Source: Escherichia phage BB1. From it: a stretch of 64,000 nucleotides of DNA. A program made the position numbers and the translations under genes. Where the stretch lies: sequence record NC_106597.1. One strand, given 5' to 3'. Positions 48,737 to 57,941 of this stretch are shown here, one piece after another. The notes beneath the pieces are model-generated. The model did no database searches. It was given only the letters and a program-made list of their open reading frames with translations, and was not told where the DNA came from. Position 1 is the stretch's first letter; every line of letters starts with the position of its first letter.

Positions 48737-49611
48737 TAAAGAATCCTCTGTATGCCACAGCTATCTTCTCGAAGCGTGGTAAATGTTGTAATTTTGCCAG
48801 TTTCATCATTAACTTGCGCAACCGTCAACTGCCCGTTGAAAACACCGCCAGTATCTAGGTAAACACGATTCTGGTATAAAATAGGGTAAGGTACTCCAGT
48901 ATGCCCATGAAACACAAAGTCTACCCCACTAACTGGGGGTACTTCTACCATGTATTTCTCTTTAAACCCTGCATAACGCTGGAAATGTGAGTGTTCTTCA
49001 CCATTTTTAGCTAAGTGAAAACCTATTTCTTGGATTACATCTCGATCCCATAAGTATGGCTCAACATGGTATCCAGGATGGTCATGTGGGTCTTCCTTAG
49101 CTGTTTCTACTTGTGCAATAAGGCTATCCCATACTGGGGTTTCTACTTCGTTACCGCATTCTTTGTACGTAAAAGATACACCACCATGAACAACACCATA
49201 CTTTTTACCACGATGCAATACAGTCAGAAATACTGGCATTTTTTCAGCCATGTCTTCAGCAATATTTTTAATGGTATCTGCATCTAGTTCATTCATGGCC
49301 CACATACCACCGTTATACATCCAGTTAGCCCAATCTCCCACAATCATAAATTGGTCATGATTACCACGGACACTGATAAAGCGTGGATTATACAGGAATT
49401 TGGCTAAAACTTGTAGGTTCTGCGTGCCTCGATCAATTAAATCCCCTACGCATACAACGCAGTCTTTCTTGCCGTTATAGCCAGCTAATTGTAGTGCATC
49501 TTCTAGTAAATCGTTGCATCCATGAATATCCCCAACAAAGAATAAGTTAACATCATCAGGTACTACTAGTGTTTTATGCACATTAAATTCTTTTTTCATA
49601 ATTATTCCCAA
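48736..49611 (-). CDS. Ser/Thr protein phosphatase (lambda-PPase-like)
   Basis: 291 aa; GDIHG, GDLIDRG, GNHD motifs. Confidence 0.75.
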   Translation of the reverse strand: MGIIMKKEFNVHKTLVVPDDVNLFFVGDIHGCNDLLEDALQLAGYNGKKDCVVCVGDLIDRGTQNLQVLAKFLYNPRFISVRGNHDQFMIVGDWANWMYNGGMWAMNELDADTIKNIAEDMAEKMPVFLTVLHRGKKYGVVHGGVSFTYKECGNEVETPVWDSLIAQVETAKEDPHDHPGYHVEPYLWDRDVIQEIGFHLAKNGEEHSHFQRYAGFKEKYMVEVPPVSGVDFVFHGHTGVPYPILYQNRVYLDTGGVFNGQLTVAQVNDETGKITTFTTLREDSCGIQRIL

Positions 49612-49847
49612 ATAACATTTAAAATAGTTGTACCATAATTATTTGATAGTTTGAGAGTATAACCCTCTTTATTGAGGGCTTTTATAGCTTCATAACTAAT
49701 TTCGTCACGATTAAGCTGTACAAAAGAACCTCCAATCTCGACAGAAGATACTATCCTCCGCTTAACCCATCTATACGTTTTCTTTCGGCTCTTGAGAAGA
49801 GCAGCTCTATTAACTCTAGCTAAACGTTTTGCTTGCTCTGCTAACAT
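49602..49847 (-). CDS. hypothetical protein (81 aa)
   Basis: Basic ORF directly downstream of a promoter cassette. Confidence 0.4.
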   Translation of the reverse strand: MLAEQAKRLARVNRAALLKSRKKTYRWVKRRIVSSVEIGGSFVQLNRDEISYEAIKALNKEGYTLKLSNNYGTTILNVIWE

Positions 49848-49874
49848 TTAATCCTCCTATCAATCTATATAAAT

Positions 49875-49903
49875 ATTATACCAAAATTTTTAGCAAAAAG
49901 CAA
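49875..49903 (-). promoter_or_regulatory. T5-type early sigma70 promoter
   Basis: TTGCTT - 17 bp - TATAAT, leader ...GATTGATAGGAGG. Confidence 0.6.
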
Positions 49904-49944
49904 GTAAAATAAAAGCCTGATCCGCTAAGATCAGGCTTGGTTTA

Positions 49945-50235
49945 TTAATCCTCTGGATTATCATCCAGGAAATTTTTAATAGCTTCGTGCATAGTTTCTT
50001 TACGAAGCTGACGTCCAATCAAAATATGGTTAGCTTCTACTCGACCATTAGGTAAGCGATCCGCCAGAACTACTACAGGAACTTGGCGCACACCAAATTT
50101 CTGCATTAATTCTGTATTATCAGTCTCTTTATGGATTTCCAAATTATAGTCACTGACTACTTTATCAAATACTGGCTCAAACATTTTGCAAGGATTGCAA
50201 GTGGAACCTTTCAATAGATATACTAATTTACTCAT
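49945..50235 (-). CDS. thioredoxin/glutaredoxin-like protein
   Basis: 96 aa; CNPC redox motif early in a thioredoxin-fold-sized protein. Confidence 0.45.
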   Translation of the reverse strand: MSKLVYLLKGSTCNPCKMFEPVFDKVVSDYNLEIHKETDNTELMQKFGVRQVPVVVLADRLPNGRVEANHILIGRQLRKETMHEAIKNFLDDNPED

Positions 50236-50659
50236 AGTTATTAATGGCCTCTAAGAAGTTTTTCATAGTTTTTACAGTTGCGGTGCTCAGATCAAGATTT
50301 ACACCCAAACACTCGGTTAATGCTTCCTGATAAGGAGCCTTTAATCTGCCTTCTGGGACTTCTACCTTCTTATATTCTTTATTTTTGACCTTTTTAATCA
50401 TAGTCTCTAGTACAAGAAGTGGTAATTTAGCACCTTCAATATCAGTACCCAAAAGTTCAGTTAAAATTTTATTAAGATCAAGACGAGTTAACTTTTTGCC
50501 TTTAGACATAGGAGCACCTACCTTTGTATCAATAGATTTTTCCGCTTTCTTTTCGAGCTTTTTGTACTCAGGAGAGTCATGATCGCGGAGTGCAATGTTT
50601 AGCTCGTAATGTGGTATACGAAAATGTTCCGCCATTTGAGTATAGAAACGATCAGACAT
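50228..50659 (-). CDS. hypothetical protein (143 aa)
   Basis: ORF downstream of a promoter cassette. Confidence 0.4.
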   Translation of the reverse strand: MSDRFYTQMAEHFRIPHYELNIALRDHDSPEYKKLEKKAEKSIDTKVGAPMSKGKKLTRLDLNKILTELLGTDIEGAKLPLLVLETMIKKVKNKEYKKVEVPEGRLKAPYQEALTECLGVNLDLSTATVKTMKNFLEAINNYE

Positions 50660-50692
50660 AATATATACCTCTCTTAACTAATTTATGTATAT

Positions 50693-50721
50693 ATTATATA
50701 ATAACTGGGGCTAAAAGTCAA
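50693..50721 (-). promoter_or_regulatory. T5-type early sigma70 promoter
   Basis: TTGACT - 17 bp - TATAAT, leader ...ATAAATTAGTTAAGAGAGG. Confidence 0.6.
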
Positions 50722-50734
50722 CTACTTTTTTATC

Positions 50735-51151
50735 TTAATCTACTGCATGTATAAATCTTTTCCTAACTAGATACATAGTTATTGGGTAAATTGAGTACAT
50801 AAGTATCGGGGAGAAAAGGGTGAAATACGCTGTAACTCCCCCAGCTAACATCAAAGGTATTAATGCTAGAGTAAGGGCCATAAGAATCATGCCGAATGAA
50901 ACAGCCAAAGCTATGGATATAGGATTCTCTAGTTCCATCCATAACCAACAATATTTCGTATCTCTATGGCAATTGCATTTACAAACGCCGAATGAACCCA
51001 TAATTATATACTCTAGTCCGTGAATAACCTTTATTAATAAGCTATTTCGGGTAGTTAATGCAATGATAGTAAAGACTATCATTAAAACGAATACTACTAG
51101 ACTTATTTTCCAGATACCTAGCAGCATCATAGTGAATAGTTCTGCAAACAT
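50735..51151 (-). CDS. integral membrane protein (138 aa)
   Basis: Four predicted TM helices and a CxCxC motif; immediately downstream of the endolysin gene. Confidence 0.4.
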   Translation of the reverse strand: MFAELFTMMLLGIWKISLVVFVLMIVFTIIALTTRNSLLIKVIHGLEYIIMGSFGVCKCNCHRDTKYCWLWMELENPISIALAVSFGMILMALTLALIPLMLAGGVTAYFTLFSPILMYSIYPITMYLVRKRFIHAVD

Positions 51152-51228
51152 GGCTTTCTCCTATCTTCAAAAATTATTAAAGCCCCCTTTGCCTAAAAAG
51201 GCGGGAATATTCCCGCCTCAGTTATTAA

Positions 51229-51642
51229 TTAAACTAGTTCGACATGACCGCCATCATAGGTACCACGTTTTATTTCGTCGTGATAATCTCCTGAAGCATT
51301 CCAATCAGCACCAAAACGAAGTTTAATGCCTAGTTCTTTACCAGCTTGTTCAAAAGCCTTTTTAACTGCCCAAAATGCTTCTAAGTCATTCCAATCAATT
51401 TTGCCATTAATGTATGGAGCAAAATCAAGGGCATCCCCAGTAATATGCTTGCTTTTACTAGGATCTTTTAAAAATGAAGTACCATTAGCAATATTCTGGG
51501 CACTTTGTGCTACTGTACGAATACCCTGTACGATCGTGAAATCATATGGAGATAATTCTAAAGCTCTACGAGCTACTTTTTGTAGCTCTGGCTTAACGGT
51601 AGCTAATTGTTTTTCGCTATTTTTACCAAATTTAAAACTCAT
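51229..51642 (-). CDS. endolysin, L-alanyl-D-glutamate peptidase (M15 family, EndoT5-like)
   Basis: 137 aa; SKHITGDALD and GGHVE zinc-ligand motifs. Confidence 0.75.
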   Translation of the reverse strand: MSFKFGKNSEKQLATVKPELQKVARRALELSPYDFTIVQGIRTVAQSAQNIANGTSFLKDPSKSKHITGDALDFAPYINGKIDWNDLEAFWAVKKAFEQAGKELGIKLRFGADWNASGDYHDEIKRGTYDGGHVELV

Positions 51643-52295
51643 ATTGATCTACCTAAAGATCTCTGTTGTGGAGAACAGAGCTTTGTTAAATACTCGTTAA
51701 ATTTCTCAGAATCGGCCGCATCTACAGGATTATCTTTCCAAGCAATACCAATATATCCAGCATAGATATTGTTTAGATTGAAATACGGACAAGTGTATAT
51801 GTAATTAAAAGTAACGTTCTTAAACGCAGGTATATTTAACCCCATGTATTTATTTACTTTTACACTTAAATCCGATGCGTAGTTAAAGCCCTCTAAGTGA
51901 CGTCTATATAGCTCAGACGTTTTATTTACCGCTTTATCGGCCAAGTCAGCCCTATCTAATTGCGCATTGCTTTCCCATGCAATAATGTTAGAATAATCAT
52001 TAATGGCATCGGGTTTATACTTGACGACAAAAACAGCATCTGCACCCGTTTGAGAAAAGAGAACCATGCTCTTTTCTCTAGCTACATTAGGAAAGTTATC
52101 TATCCTTTGAGTTTGAACATCCTGTAGAACCGCAGACGTGGAGAAAGTCTTTAAGAACGACATCACCTCGCTAGTATTACTAACAAATAAGAAAATAATG
52201 ACAGCAACTAAGATAGTTAGCAGACGTTTAAGAAGCGATGCTGGATCTTTCGCTTCTTGGAGCAGTACTGTTAATAATTGTAAGAACTTTTCCAA
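51639..52295 (-). CDS. holin (T4 T-like, large periplasmic domain)
   Basis: 218 aa; single N-terminal TM helix then large soluble domain; TTG start after GGAGG; overlaps the endolysin start (ATGA). Confidence 0.55.
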   Translation of the reverse strand: MEKFLQLLTVLLQEAKDPASLLKRLLTILVAVIIFLFVSNTSEVMSFLKTFSTSAVLQDVQTQRIDNFPNVAREKSMVLFSQTGADAVFVVKYKPDAINDYSNIIAWESNAQLDRADLADKAVNKTSELYRRHLEGFNYASDLSVKVNKYMGLNIPAFKNVTFNYIYTCPYFNLNNIYAGYIGIAWKDNPVDAADSEKFNEYLTKLCSPQQRSLGRSI

Positions 52296-52319
52296 TTGTA
52301 ACCTCCTCTAACCATTACC

Positions 52320-52348
52320 ATTATACTAATTTTGGAGGAAAATTACAA
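52320..52348 (-). promoter_or_regulatory. candidate sigma70 promoter for the holin-endolysin operon
   Basis: TTGTAA - 17 bp - TATAAT on the minus strand, 25 nt upstream of the holin start. Confidence 0.4.
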
Positions 52349-52404
52349 TGTGTTTTTAAAGATCACTTCTGGAGCATAAAATTTTATCGTTGTCAAGAAG
52401 AATT

Positions 52405-52442
52405 TTAGATAAAAGAAAAGCCAGGGTCGTTAAACCCTGGCT
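52405..52442 (-). terminator. rho-independent terminator
   Basis: AGCCAGGG-tcgttaaa-CCCTGGCT hairpin followed on the minus strand by TTTCTTTTATC. Confidence 0.6.
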
Positions 52443-52451
52443 TAAAATTAC

Positions 52452-53051
52452 TTACTCTTCGTTATGCTCCTCGGATTGAGGTAACTGGGCTTTATTATAT
52501 TGCTCAGATCGATATTTTGCCAAGATTTCAATACGCTTATGGATTTCTTTGCTATCTAGATAGATATTTTTGTTGTCTTTTACCATCTCGTCGATTTCGT
52601 CTATTGAGAAGAACGGATAGTAGACATCTAGCATCATATCTTCTACGAACTTATTGTAAGATTCATAGGCTTTCTTGATTTCTTGACCCTTCTCACAGAA
52701 TCCGCCGGAGAACGTGTGTCCCATTAGCGTAGCATGTGGATGTACTACCCATCCATGGCAGGATAGGAAAATTGTGCAGTAAGCAGAAGCACTAGGACCA
52801 ACCAGATGTCCTATAACTGTTCCACGGCAATTAGCAATTAAGTTAGATAACTGTGCAGCAGTATCAACATAACCACCAGGGCCATTAATCATCAGATTAA
52901 TTTCGTCGTCCTCATTTGCTTGCATAAGTACCATTGATAAATCACGGTATTCATCTGGCGGACCTAATTCTTCATCAAAGAAAAAGGTATACTCATTAGA
53001 TTGGCGAATGGAGTGAAACAGGTTAGTCTTTTCTTCTTTTTTATTAGTCAT
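52452..53051 (-). CDS. ClpP-like serine peptidase, putative
   Basis: 199 aa; INGPGG followed by a candidate active-site Ser (GPSASAY) and His, as in S14 peptidases. Confidence 0.4.
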   Translation of the reverse strand: MTNKKEEKTNLFHSIRQSNEYTFFFDEELGPPDEYRDLSMVLMQANEDDEINLMINGPGGYVDTAAQLSNLIANCRGTVIGHLVGPSASAYCTIFLSCHGWVVHPHATLMGHTFSGGFCEKGQEIKKAYESYNKFVEDMMLDVYYPFFSIDEIDEMVKDNKNIYLDSKEIHKRIEILAKYRSEQYNKAQLPQSEEHNEE

Positions 53052-53063
53052 AGCGATCCTTGA

Positions 53064-53816
53064 TTATCCAACTAGTGGTTCTAGCTCTAAGTCACAGAAG
53101 TTATAAACTTCTAGTTTAAGGTTATTGATACCATCGAATTTATTAACTAATTCGTGAGTAATATATTTTGCAGGAATACCACTTTCAGATGGATGATCTG
53201 ATTTAATAGTAAACTTCTGCTCAGCGGGTACTACATTTACTATCAAAGAATCCATATCTAAATGGTTTGTTTCTCTGAGTAGCTCTCCTTCATTGGGGAA
53301 TCTAACATCTGTTATTACGGCGACGTCTGGGTCGTCTTTAGCGATGGATTGCTCCAGAATTATGAGCCAAATGCGTTCATGCACCAGCTGCCTTCCTAGC
53401 TCTGTCCCTACGAGCTGTAACATTTTTCTCGGAGAAATAAATAAACTATAAAGTCCGTCTTCTTTATTCTCTGAGATAAGTTGTTGAGGATTAAGGTATT
53501 TTTCCTCAAAAATAGGCCAAACGTACGAGAAGTCTTCAAACTTATCGATACCGTACTTAAACCACACATCTCTGGCTCGCTCCAATTGAGATTGTGTGAC
53601 CGTAAACCATTGGTCAACCTCTTTCCCCCTGCGCTCTCCTAGAAACTCTGGAGTTACACCGAGGATTACGGATGCAAGTTCATAAACGGGCTTAGCAAAA
53701 CTATAACGACGGGATAAACACGTTGGATACGTGTCATTACACCAATCGATAATTAATTTTGCAACGGTATCTTTTCCTGCACCTGCTTCGCCATGCAGAC
53801 CCACTAGTACACTCAT
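53064..53816 (-). CDS. deoxynucleoside monophosphate kinase
   Basis: 250 aa; P-loop GEAGAGKDT at the N-terminus. Confidence 0.6.
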   Translation of the reverse strand: MSVLVGLHGEAGAGKDTVAKLIIDWCNDTYPTCLSRRYSFAKPVYELASVILGVTPEFLGERRGKEVDQWFTVTQSQLERARDVWFKYGIDKFEDFSYVWPIFEEKYLNPQQLISENKEDGLYSLFISPRKMLQLVGTELGRQLVHERIWLIILEQSIAKDDPDVAVITDVRFPNEGELLRETNHLDMDSLIVNVVPAEQKFTIKSDHPSESGIPAKYITHELVNKFDGINNLKLEVYNFCDLELEPLVG

Positions 53817-54349
53817 TTATTAAGTTCCTCTAAAGTTGGTAAAGATTTTGTAGAATCAAAAGTTTCTATAACAGCATTTTCACCGTGCAATTGTAAACGA
53901 AGTTCATTGGCTCTTTTAACGGCGGATCCTAGATATAGGTAATCAAAGTGACCTCCGTATATATTATTACCCTTAGAATTAGCAACGTTTACTTCCCACT
54001 TCTGGTCACGTTTCTTCCAGCTAACTCCTAGATAACCAGATTTACTTCTGGCAGCTTTATTTCTCTGGTTTTCTTGGTTATTGGACTCTCTAAGATTTAG
54101 CCAACGATTGTCACCACCTACGCGGTTTATGTGATCCACCATCTCAGGAAAATAGCCCTCCATATAAAGGAATGCTAGCTGATGTGCTAGGTAAGGTTTT
54201 CCATCTACCTTTATTTGTATATACCCATCTTTCCTAAGTGTACCTGCAATATTACCCGCTTTTTGATTACCAACACTCACTAATCTAGTAAATAATCCAG
54301 TATCAGGGGTATATTCAAGTAATTCCTTTAACCTTTCTTGTGTCACCAC
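53813..54349 (-). CDS. HNH homing endonuclease (intact copy)
   Basis: 178 aa; AHQLAFLYMEGY...VDHINRVGGDNRWLNL...NQENQRNKA HNH core plus AP2-like YLGVSW; stop overlaps the kinase start. Confidence 0.7.
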   Translation of the reverse strand: MVTQERLKELLEYTPDTGLFTRLVSVGNQKAGNIAGTLRKDGYIQIKVDGKPYLAHQLAFLYMEGYFPEMVDHINRVGGDNRWLNLRESNNQENQRNKAARSKSGYLGVSWKKRDQKWEVNVANSKGNNIYGGHFDYLYLGSAVKRANELRLQLHGENAVIETFDSTKSLPTLEELNK

Positions 54350-54350
54350 A

Positions 54351-54704
54351 TTAATCTTTCCTATTGTTAATTGGTGGATAATATACTAAACAACGTTTTT
54401 CTTGCAAATCTTGACGATAGAAGCAAACCATACTTGTCAGTCGTGAAATATATGAATATTCTGCCTCACGGCATTTTGCCAACATATTCCAATCTTTGTA
54501 TGGTACAACAACTACTACGCCATCTTCTCCATTTGTAGCTAGTTTCTTTTCAAACTTAAAGTCAAAGCTACAAGGTTGAAGTCCTTTAGGCCAGTCTACA
54601 TGAGCTTGCTTTAACTCATGAGATGGCTCTGGTTTTATTTCTTCTGCACAGCCTGTGATTGTGATTGCGGCTGCGAGCAGTATTCCAAGTTTCCAGTTAA
54701 ACAT
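54351..54704 (-). CDS. lipoprotein, candidate o-spanin
   Basis: 117 aa; signal peptide with lipobox ITGC; Cys- and Pro-containing mature part; start overlaps the 3' end of the upstream TM/coiled-coil gene. Confidence 0.4.
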   Translation of the reverse strand: MFNWKLGILLAAAITITGCAEEIKPEPSHELKQAHVDWPKGLQPCSFDFKFEKKLATNGEDGVVVVVPYKDWNMLAKCREAEYSYISRLTSMVCFYRQDLQEKRCLVYYPPINNRKD

Positions 54705-55084
54705 GCTAATCTTTCCTCGAACTCTTTACTCTGCTTTTTAGCAATTAATGTTACCAATCCAGGCTTTGCAGCGATAATATCTTGGCGACTAAGAGCTTTG
54801 TCTAACTGCTTAATCTTTTTGTCTAGATCTGCTTGAGAAATATTATTCATTGTGAAATACTGGTTCATTCGAGTCTCACGAAGTTCGCTTTCAGCTTTCA
54901 CCTTATTGAGGGAAGTCTCTAGAGAAGAAATCTTTTTAGTAGCTACCGCAAGATCTCCTGCTAAAGTCTCCACTTTATCTACTAAGTGATAAGCACCGAA
55001 CCCGATGCCTATCGCTAGACCTGCTCCCAGGATATACCACTTACCGTGCCATATTCCTGAAAGAAGTTTTTGTATCAAATCCAT
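54635..55084 (-). CDS. membrane-anchored coiled-coil protein, candidate i-spanin
   Basis: 149 aa; N-terminal TM helix, long coiled coil, C-terminal Cys. Confidence 0.4.
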   Translation of the reverse strand: MDLIQKLLSGIWHGKWYILGAGLAIGIGFGAYHLVDKVETLAGDLAVATKKISSLETSLNKVKAESELRETRMNQYFTMNNISQADLDKKIKQLDKALSRQDIIAAKPGLVTLIAKKQSKEFEERLACLTGNLEYCSQPQSQSQAVQKK

Positions 55085-55739
55085 GCGCTGCTAACCTGTC
55101 TTTATCTGATACTTTAATCATATCAGGCTCACCAGTTCCTAGTACACCGAAGATATACTGTTCGAGAACTTGGTGTAAACGGTATAAGTTACTTTCAATT
55201 TCCTGCCACGGAATACCTGACTGATGGAAACGAATGTTAGTCTGAATTACGAAGTTACGAACATCATCGTTATCGTTCTTTTTAATACCTTTCACATATG
55301 CAATCGGTACACGTAGTTCGGATAAGATACGTTCTGCTTTAGGTTTTGCCTCAACAAGCAAATCACGCATTGTTTCACGAACATCTCCACGACTCTTATC
55401 CAGTAAGTAAGAGCGAGCATGCAATCCCATCTCTTCCATTTTATCGAACATAGTGTCGAGATTAAACGTTTTGAAGCTAAATGCTGGATGCCAACAGTAC
55501 AACTCGTGTAACCAGTAAACTTCACCTGCAACAAATAGTGGGTTTACAAAATATTCGAAATCACCACGGAAAGATAGCGAACCATCACGAAATACCTGGC
55601 GACTATGCACGATATTCTTTTCTGCATCATCAGTTACTTTAACCAGTAGCTCTTCAGTTTTACGCTCCCAAACACGATCGGGGTCAAACAAACTATTCTG
55701 CAAATCATATACATCGGCGAATTTAGAAATGATCCTCAT
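55041..55739 (-). CDS. hypothetical protein (232 aa)
   Basis: ORF directly downstream of a promoter cassette. Confidence 0.45.
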   Translation of the reverse strand: MRIISKFADVYDLQNSLFDPDRVWERKTEELLVKVTDDAEKNIVHSRQVFRDGSLSFRGDFEYFVNPLFVAGEVYWLHELYCWHPAFSFKTFNLDTMFDKMEEMGLHARSYLLDKSRGDVRETMRDLLVEAKPKAERILSELRVPIAYVKGIKKNDNDDVRNFVIQTNIRFHQSGIPWQEIESNLYRLHQVLEQYIFGVLGTGEPDMIKVSDKDRLAAHGFDTKTSFRNMAR

Positions 55740-55770
55740 ATTTAATCCTCTTGCCTCAATCTATAAACAT

Positions 55771-55799
55771 ATTATACAAAAGTTTGGGCATCTAAGCAA
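55771..55799 (-). promoter_or_regulatory. T5-type early sigma70 promoter
   Basis: TTGCTT - 17 bp - TATAAT, leader ...ATAGATTGAGGCAAGAGG. Confidence 0.6.
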
Positions 55800-55807
55800 C
55801 TAAAATT

Positions 55808-55849
55808 TTGTTATAAAAATAGCCCAGTCGCAAAAGTGCAGGCTGGGCT
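55808..55849 (-). terminator. rho-independent terminator
   Basis: AGCCCAG ... CTGGGCT hairpin followed on the minus strand by ATTTTTATAAC. Confidence 0.5.
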
Positions 55850-55893
55850 TTGTCATTATTTGCTTTTGCTAGTAAGTTGACTTAGTGTCAATC

Positions 55894-56274
55894 TTATGTG
55901 ATATTAGTTTCTCTAGCTTTGCGTAGTACCCCTGCATTTCTCCATAATTTGATGTCAGCAACTGTTTCTTTGTACGGAGCAATAGTAGAACCAATTGGGC
56001 CAGCAATTAATAACCCAAAGAATCCTACAATACGCATGTAGAATAAACATTCTTTGCCTGTCATTTTCTCTACTGCCTTTTTCTGCTTTTCATCCTTAAA
56101 TTCATGTTCCTGATCATCAATACGTAGATACTTAACAAACCATTCAGCAGAATATTCGTCCAAATGTCTAATAATAGCTATCGCATATCCAGCACCAATT
56201 AAAAACCAAGTTGTAACAAGAATTAGTAATATAGTCATATCATCTCCAGTTATGGCTAGCAGCCACCTCACCAC
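55894..56274 (-). CDS. membrane protein (126 aa)
   Basis: Three predicted TM helices. Confidence 0.4.
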   Translation of the reverse strand: MVRWLLAITGDDMTILLILVTTWFLIGAGYAIAIIRHLDEYSAEWFVKYLRIDDQEHEFKDEKQKKAVEKMTGKECLFYMRIVGFFGLLIAGPIGSTIAPYKETVADIKLWRNAGVLRKARETNIT

Positions 56275-56348
56275 TTACCGCACTAAGGGGCACGACTCCC
56301 TTATCCGTAACAGTTGCAGGTGACGCAACTCGGTCCTACGCGAGTTCT

Positions 56349-56633
56349 TTAAATATTCCGCATTTCAGCTTTAAACTTTTTCATATTACGAGTTTTTCTA
56401 TAAAAGAAAAGTACAGATGCTGGCCCTAAAAGAATATCCATAGTAAATATCATAGATCTAGCACACCTGAGTAATGTTTTATCATCAAGAGGTGGTAGGT
56501 CTAATGGTCGGGTTTTATGTATAACGTATAATATTACATCTTTATTCTTAGAAATATATAGATCATCAATCAAGCTGTAAATAGCAACCACAGACCCGAT
56601 GACGAACCAAAGAGCAAAGGGAGAGATAATCAT
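56349..56633 (-). CDS. membrane protein (94 aa)
   Basis: Two TM helices. Confidence 0.35.
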   Translation of the reverse strand: MIISPFALWFVIGSVVAIYSLIDDLYISKNKDVILYVIHKTRPLDLPPLDDKTLLRCARSMIFTMDILLGPASVLFFYRKTRNMKKFKAEMRNI

Positions 56634-56926
56634 TTCAGATCCTTTTCATTAATTAGAATATCAGTAAACAGTGGAGTAAATCCTAGACTCATAGTGGGTC
56701 CAAAGGTTTTCATAGCTATCCATAACTGCATAGTAATCATCCCATCTTTAATCTCTGGATCTTTATACTCCCCAATACGTTTCTTGGCAAAAGCAACTAT
56801 ATCTGGATTATTTTTATTTTCCTGAATATAGTCATGCCAAAACTGGGTATTCTCACTACGTAGGAATGTTAAAATATCCTTAGTTGCTGGAATCTGCACC
56901 GTGCTGTTGATGTTTAGCCTTTTCAC
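56630..56926 (-). CDS. hypothetical protein (98 aa)
   Basis: Overlaps neighbours. Confidence 0.35.
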   Translation of the reverse strand: MKRLNINSTVQIPATKDILTFLRSENTQFWHDYIQENKNNPDIVAFAKKRIGEYKDPEIKDGMITMQLWIAMKTFGPTMSLGFTPLFTDILINEKDLK

Positions 56927-57323
56927 GTTCTTCTCTCCGACGTTTACATTCTTTCATCATATGAGCTGCTACAACTTCGTGGTAGTAGTCATTAATGTTA
57001 TCTTCTGGCAAGAAATGCTTGATAGTCTCTAGCTGACAAATAACTCGATGAAGATGGTTATTTGGTAGACACAATTTTATACCTGAAACAAATCCAGAGA
57101 AGCCTGGAACACTGAACATGGGTTGGGCTTCTACTCTACCTTCAGAGTTGATATTAAGCTCAATTGAGATACCCATTTTCATGCTATAAAGCTGGCAATA
57201 TTCTCCATTACCAGACCTTGACCAAACAGTGAAGTCCTCATCAATTTGATCTTGGATTTCTGTAATTGCAAATTTAATTCTAGGGTCTAAATTATTCATC
57301 TTCACCTTCAAAGTCGCAATCAT
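56880..57323 (-). CDS. hypothetical protein (147 aa)
   Basis: ORF with Cys/His residues. Confidence 0.35.
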   Translation of the reverse strand: MIATLKVKMNNLDPRIKFAITEIQDQIDEDFTVWSRSGNGEYCQLYSMKMGISIELNINSEGRVEAQPMFSVPGFSGFVSGIKLCLPNNHLHRVICQLETIKHFLPEDNINDYYHEVVAAHMMKECKRRREEREKAKHQQHGADSSN

Positions 57324-57597
57324 AACGACAAGTAAAAGAACTAGAGCTATTAGTACGTTGAGTAGTTATTTCACCATGTTTACTAATAGTAACGGCTGGA
57401 GTAGAGAAGTTTTTATTAGTATATATTTCTACTTTACCATTACGTTCCTTAACATCACGAACTTTACCATATTCAGTAATAATGCCGTTCTGTTGGACTT
57501 TAACATTGCCATTTTTCATAGAAACTTTGGTAGACGCCAGAGAACCGAAACTAACTGCGGAGATCATCAGTGCAATAATAAACTTATTCATCTTCAT
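57292..57597 (-). CDS. secreted small protein
   Basis: ORF 57292..57657; likely start at 57597 giving an MKMNKFIIALMISAVSFGSLAS signal peptide. Confidence 0.35.
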   Translation of the reverse strand: MKMNKFIIALMISAVSFGSLASTKVSMKNGNVKVQQNGIITEYGKVRDVKERNGKVEIYTNKNFSTPAVTISKHGEITTQRTNSSSSFTCRYDCDFEGEDE

Positions 57598-57865
57598 CCT
57601 CCCCACTACAATCACGACATACATCATAATCGTTGAAAGAGCGTTCGTGAGCTTCACACCACCAAGAACAAGAATCGCAGAGGAACATTTCGGTTTTCTC
57701 CAGTGCTTGACCTAAAAGATCATCAGCTTCCTCAGCAGTAATCTTCAATCCGCACACATCTGCCACACGTTCTTTAATTAAACGACCTGCTTCATGGTAA
57801 GACATACAGGTTCCCGCAACATCATGTTCAAGAACATGAATGGCACAGTCTAGGCGATTTTTCAT
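57584..57865 (-). CDS. Cys-rich small protein (93 aa)
   Basis: Paired CxxC-like motifs; directly downstream of a promoter cassette. Confidence 0.4.
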   Translation of the reverse strand: MKNRLDCAIHVLEHDVAGTCMSYHEAGRLIKERVADVCGLKITAEEADDLLGQALEKTEMFLCDSCSWWCEAHERSFNDYDVCRDCSGEDEDE

Positions 57866-57895
57866 TTCAAACCTCTCTCATCAATTTATAAATAT

Positions 57896-57924
57896 ATTAT
57901 AGCAAGAAAAGAGAGGTTTAGCAA
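57896..57924 (-). promoter_or_regulatory. T5-type early sigma70 promoter
   Basis: TTGCTA - 17 bp - TATAAT, leader ATATTTATAAATTGATGAGAGAGGTTTGAA then ATG. Confidence 0.65.
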
Positions 57925-57941
57925 ATGAATTATTTCAGAAT

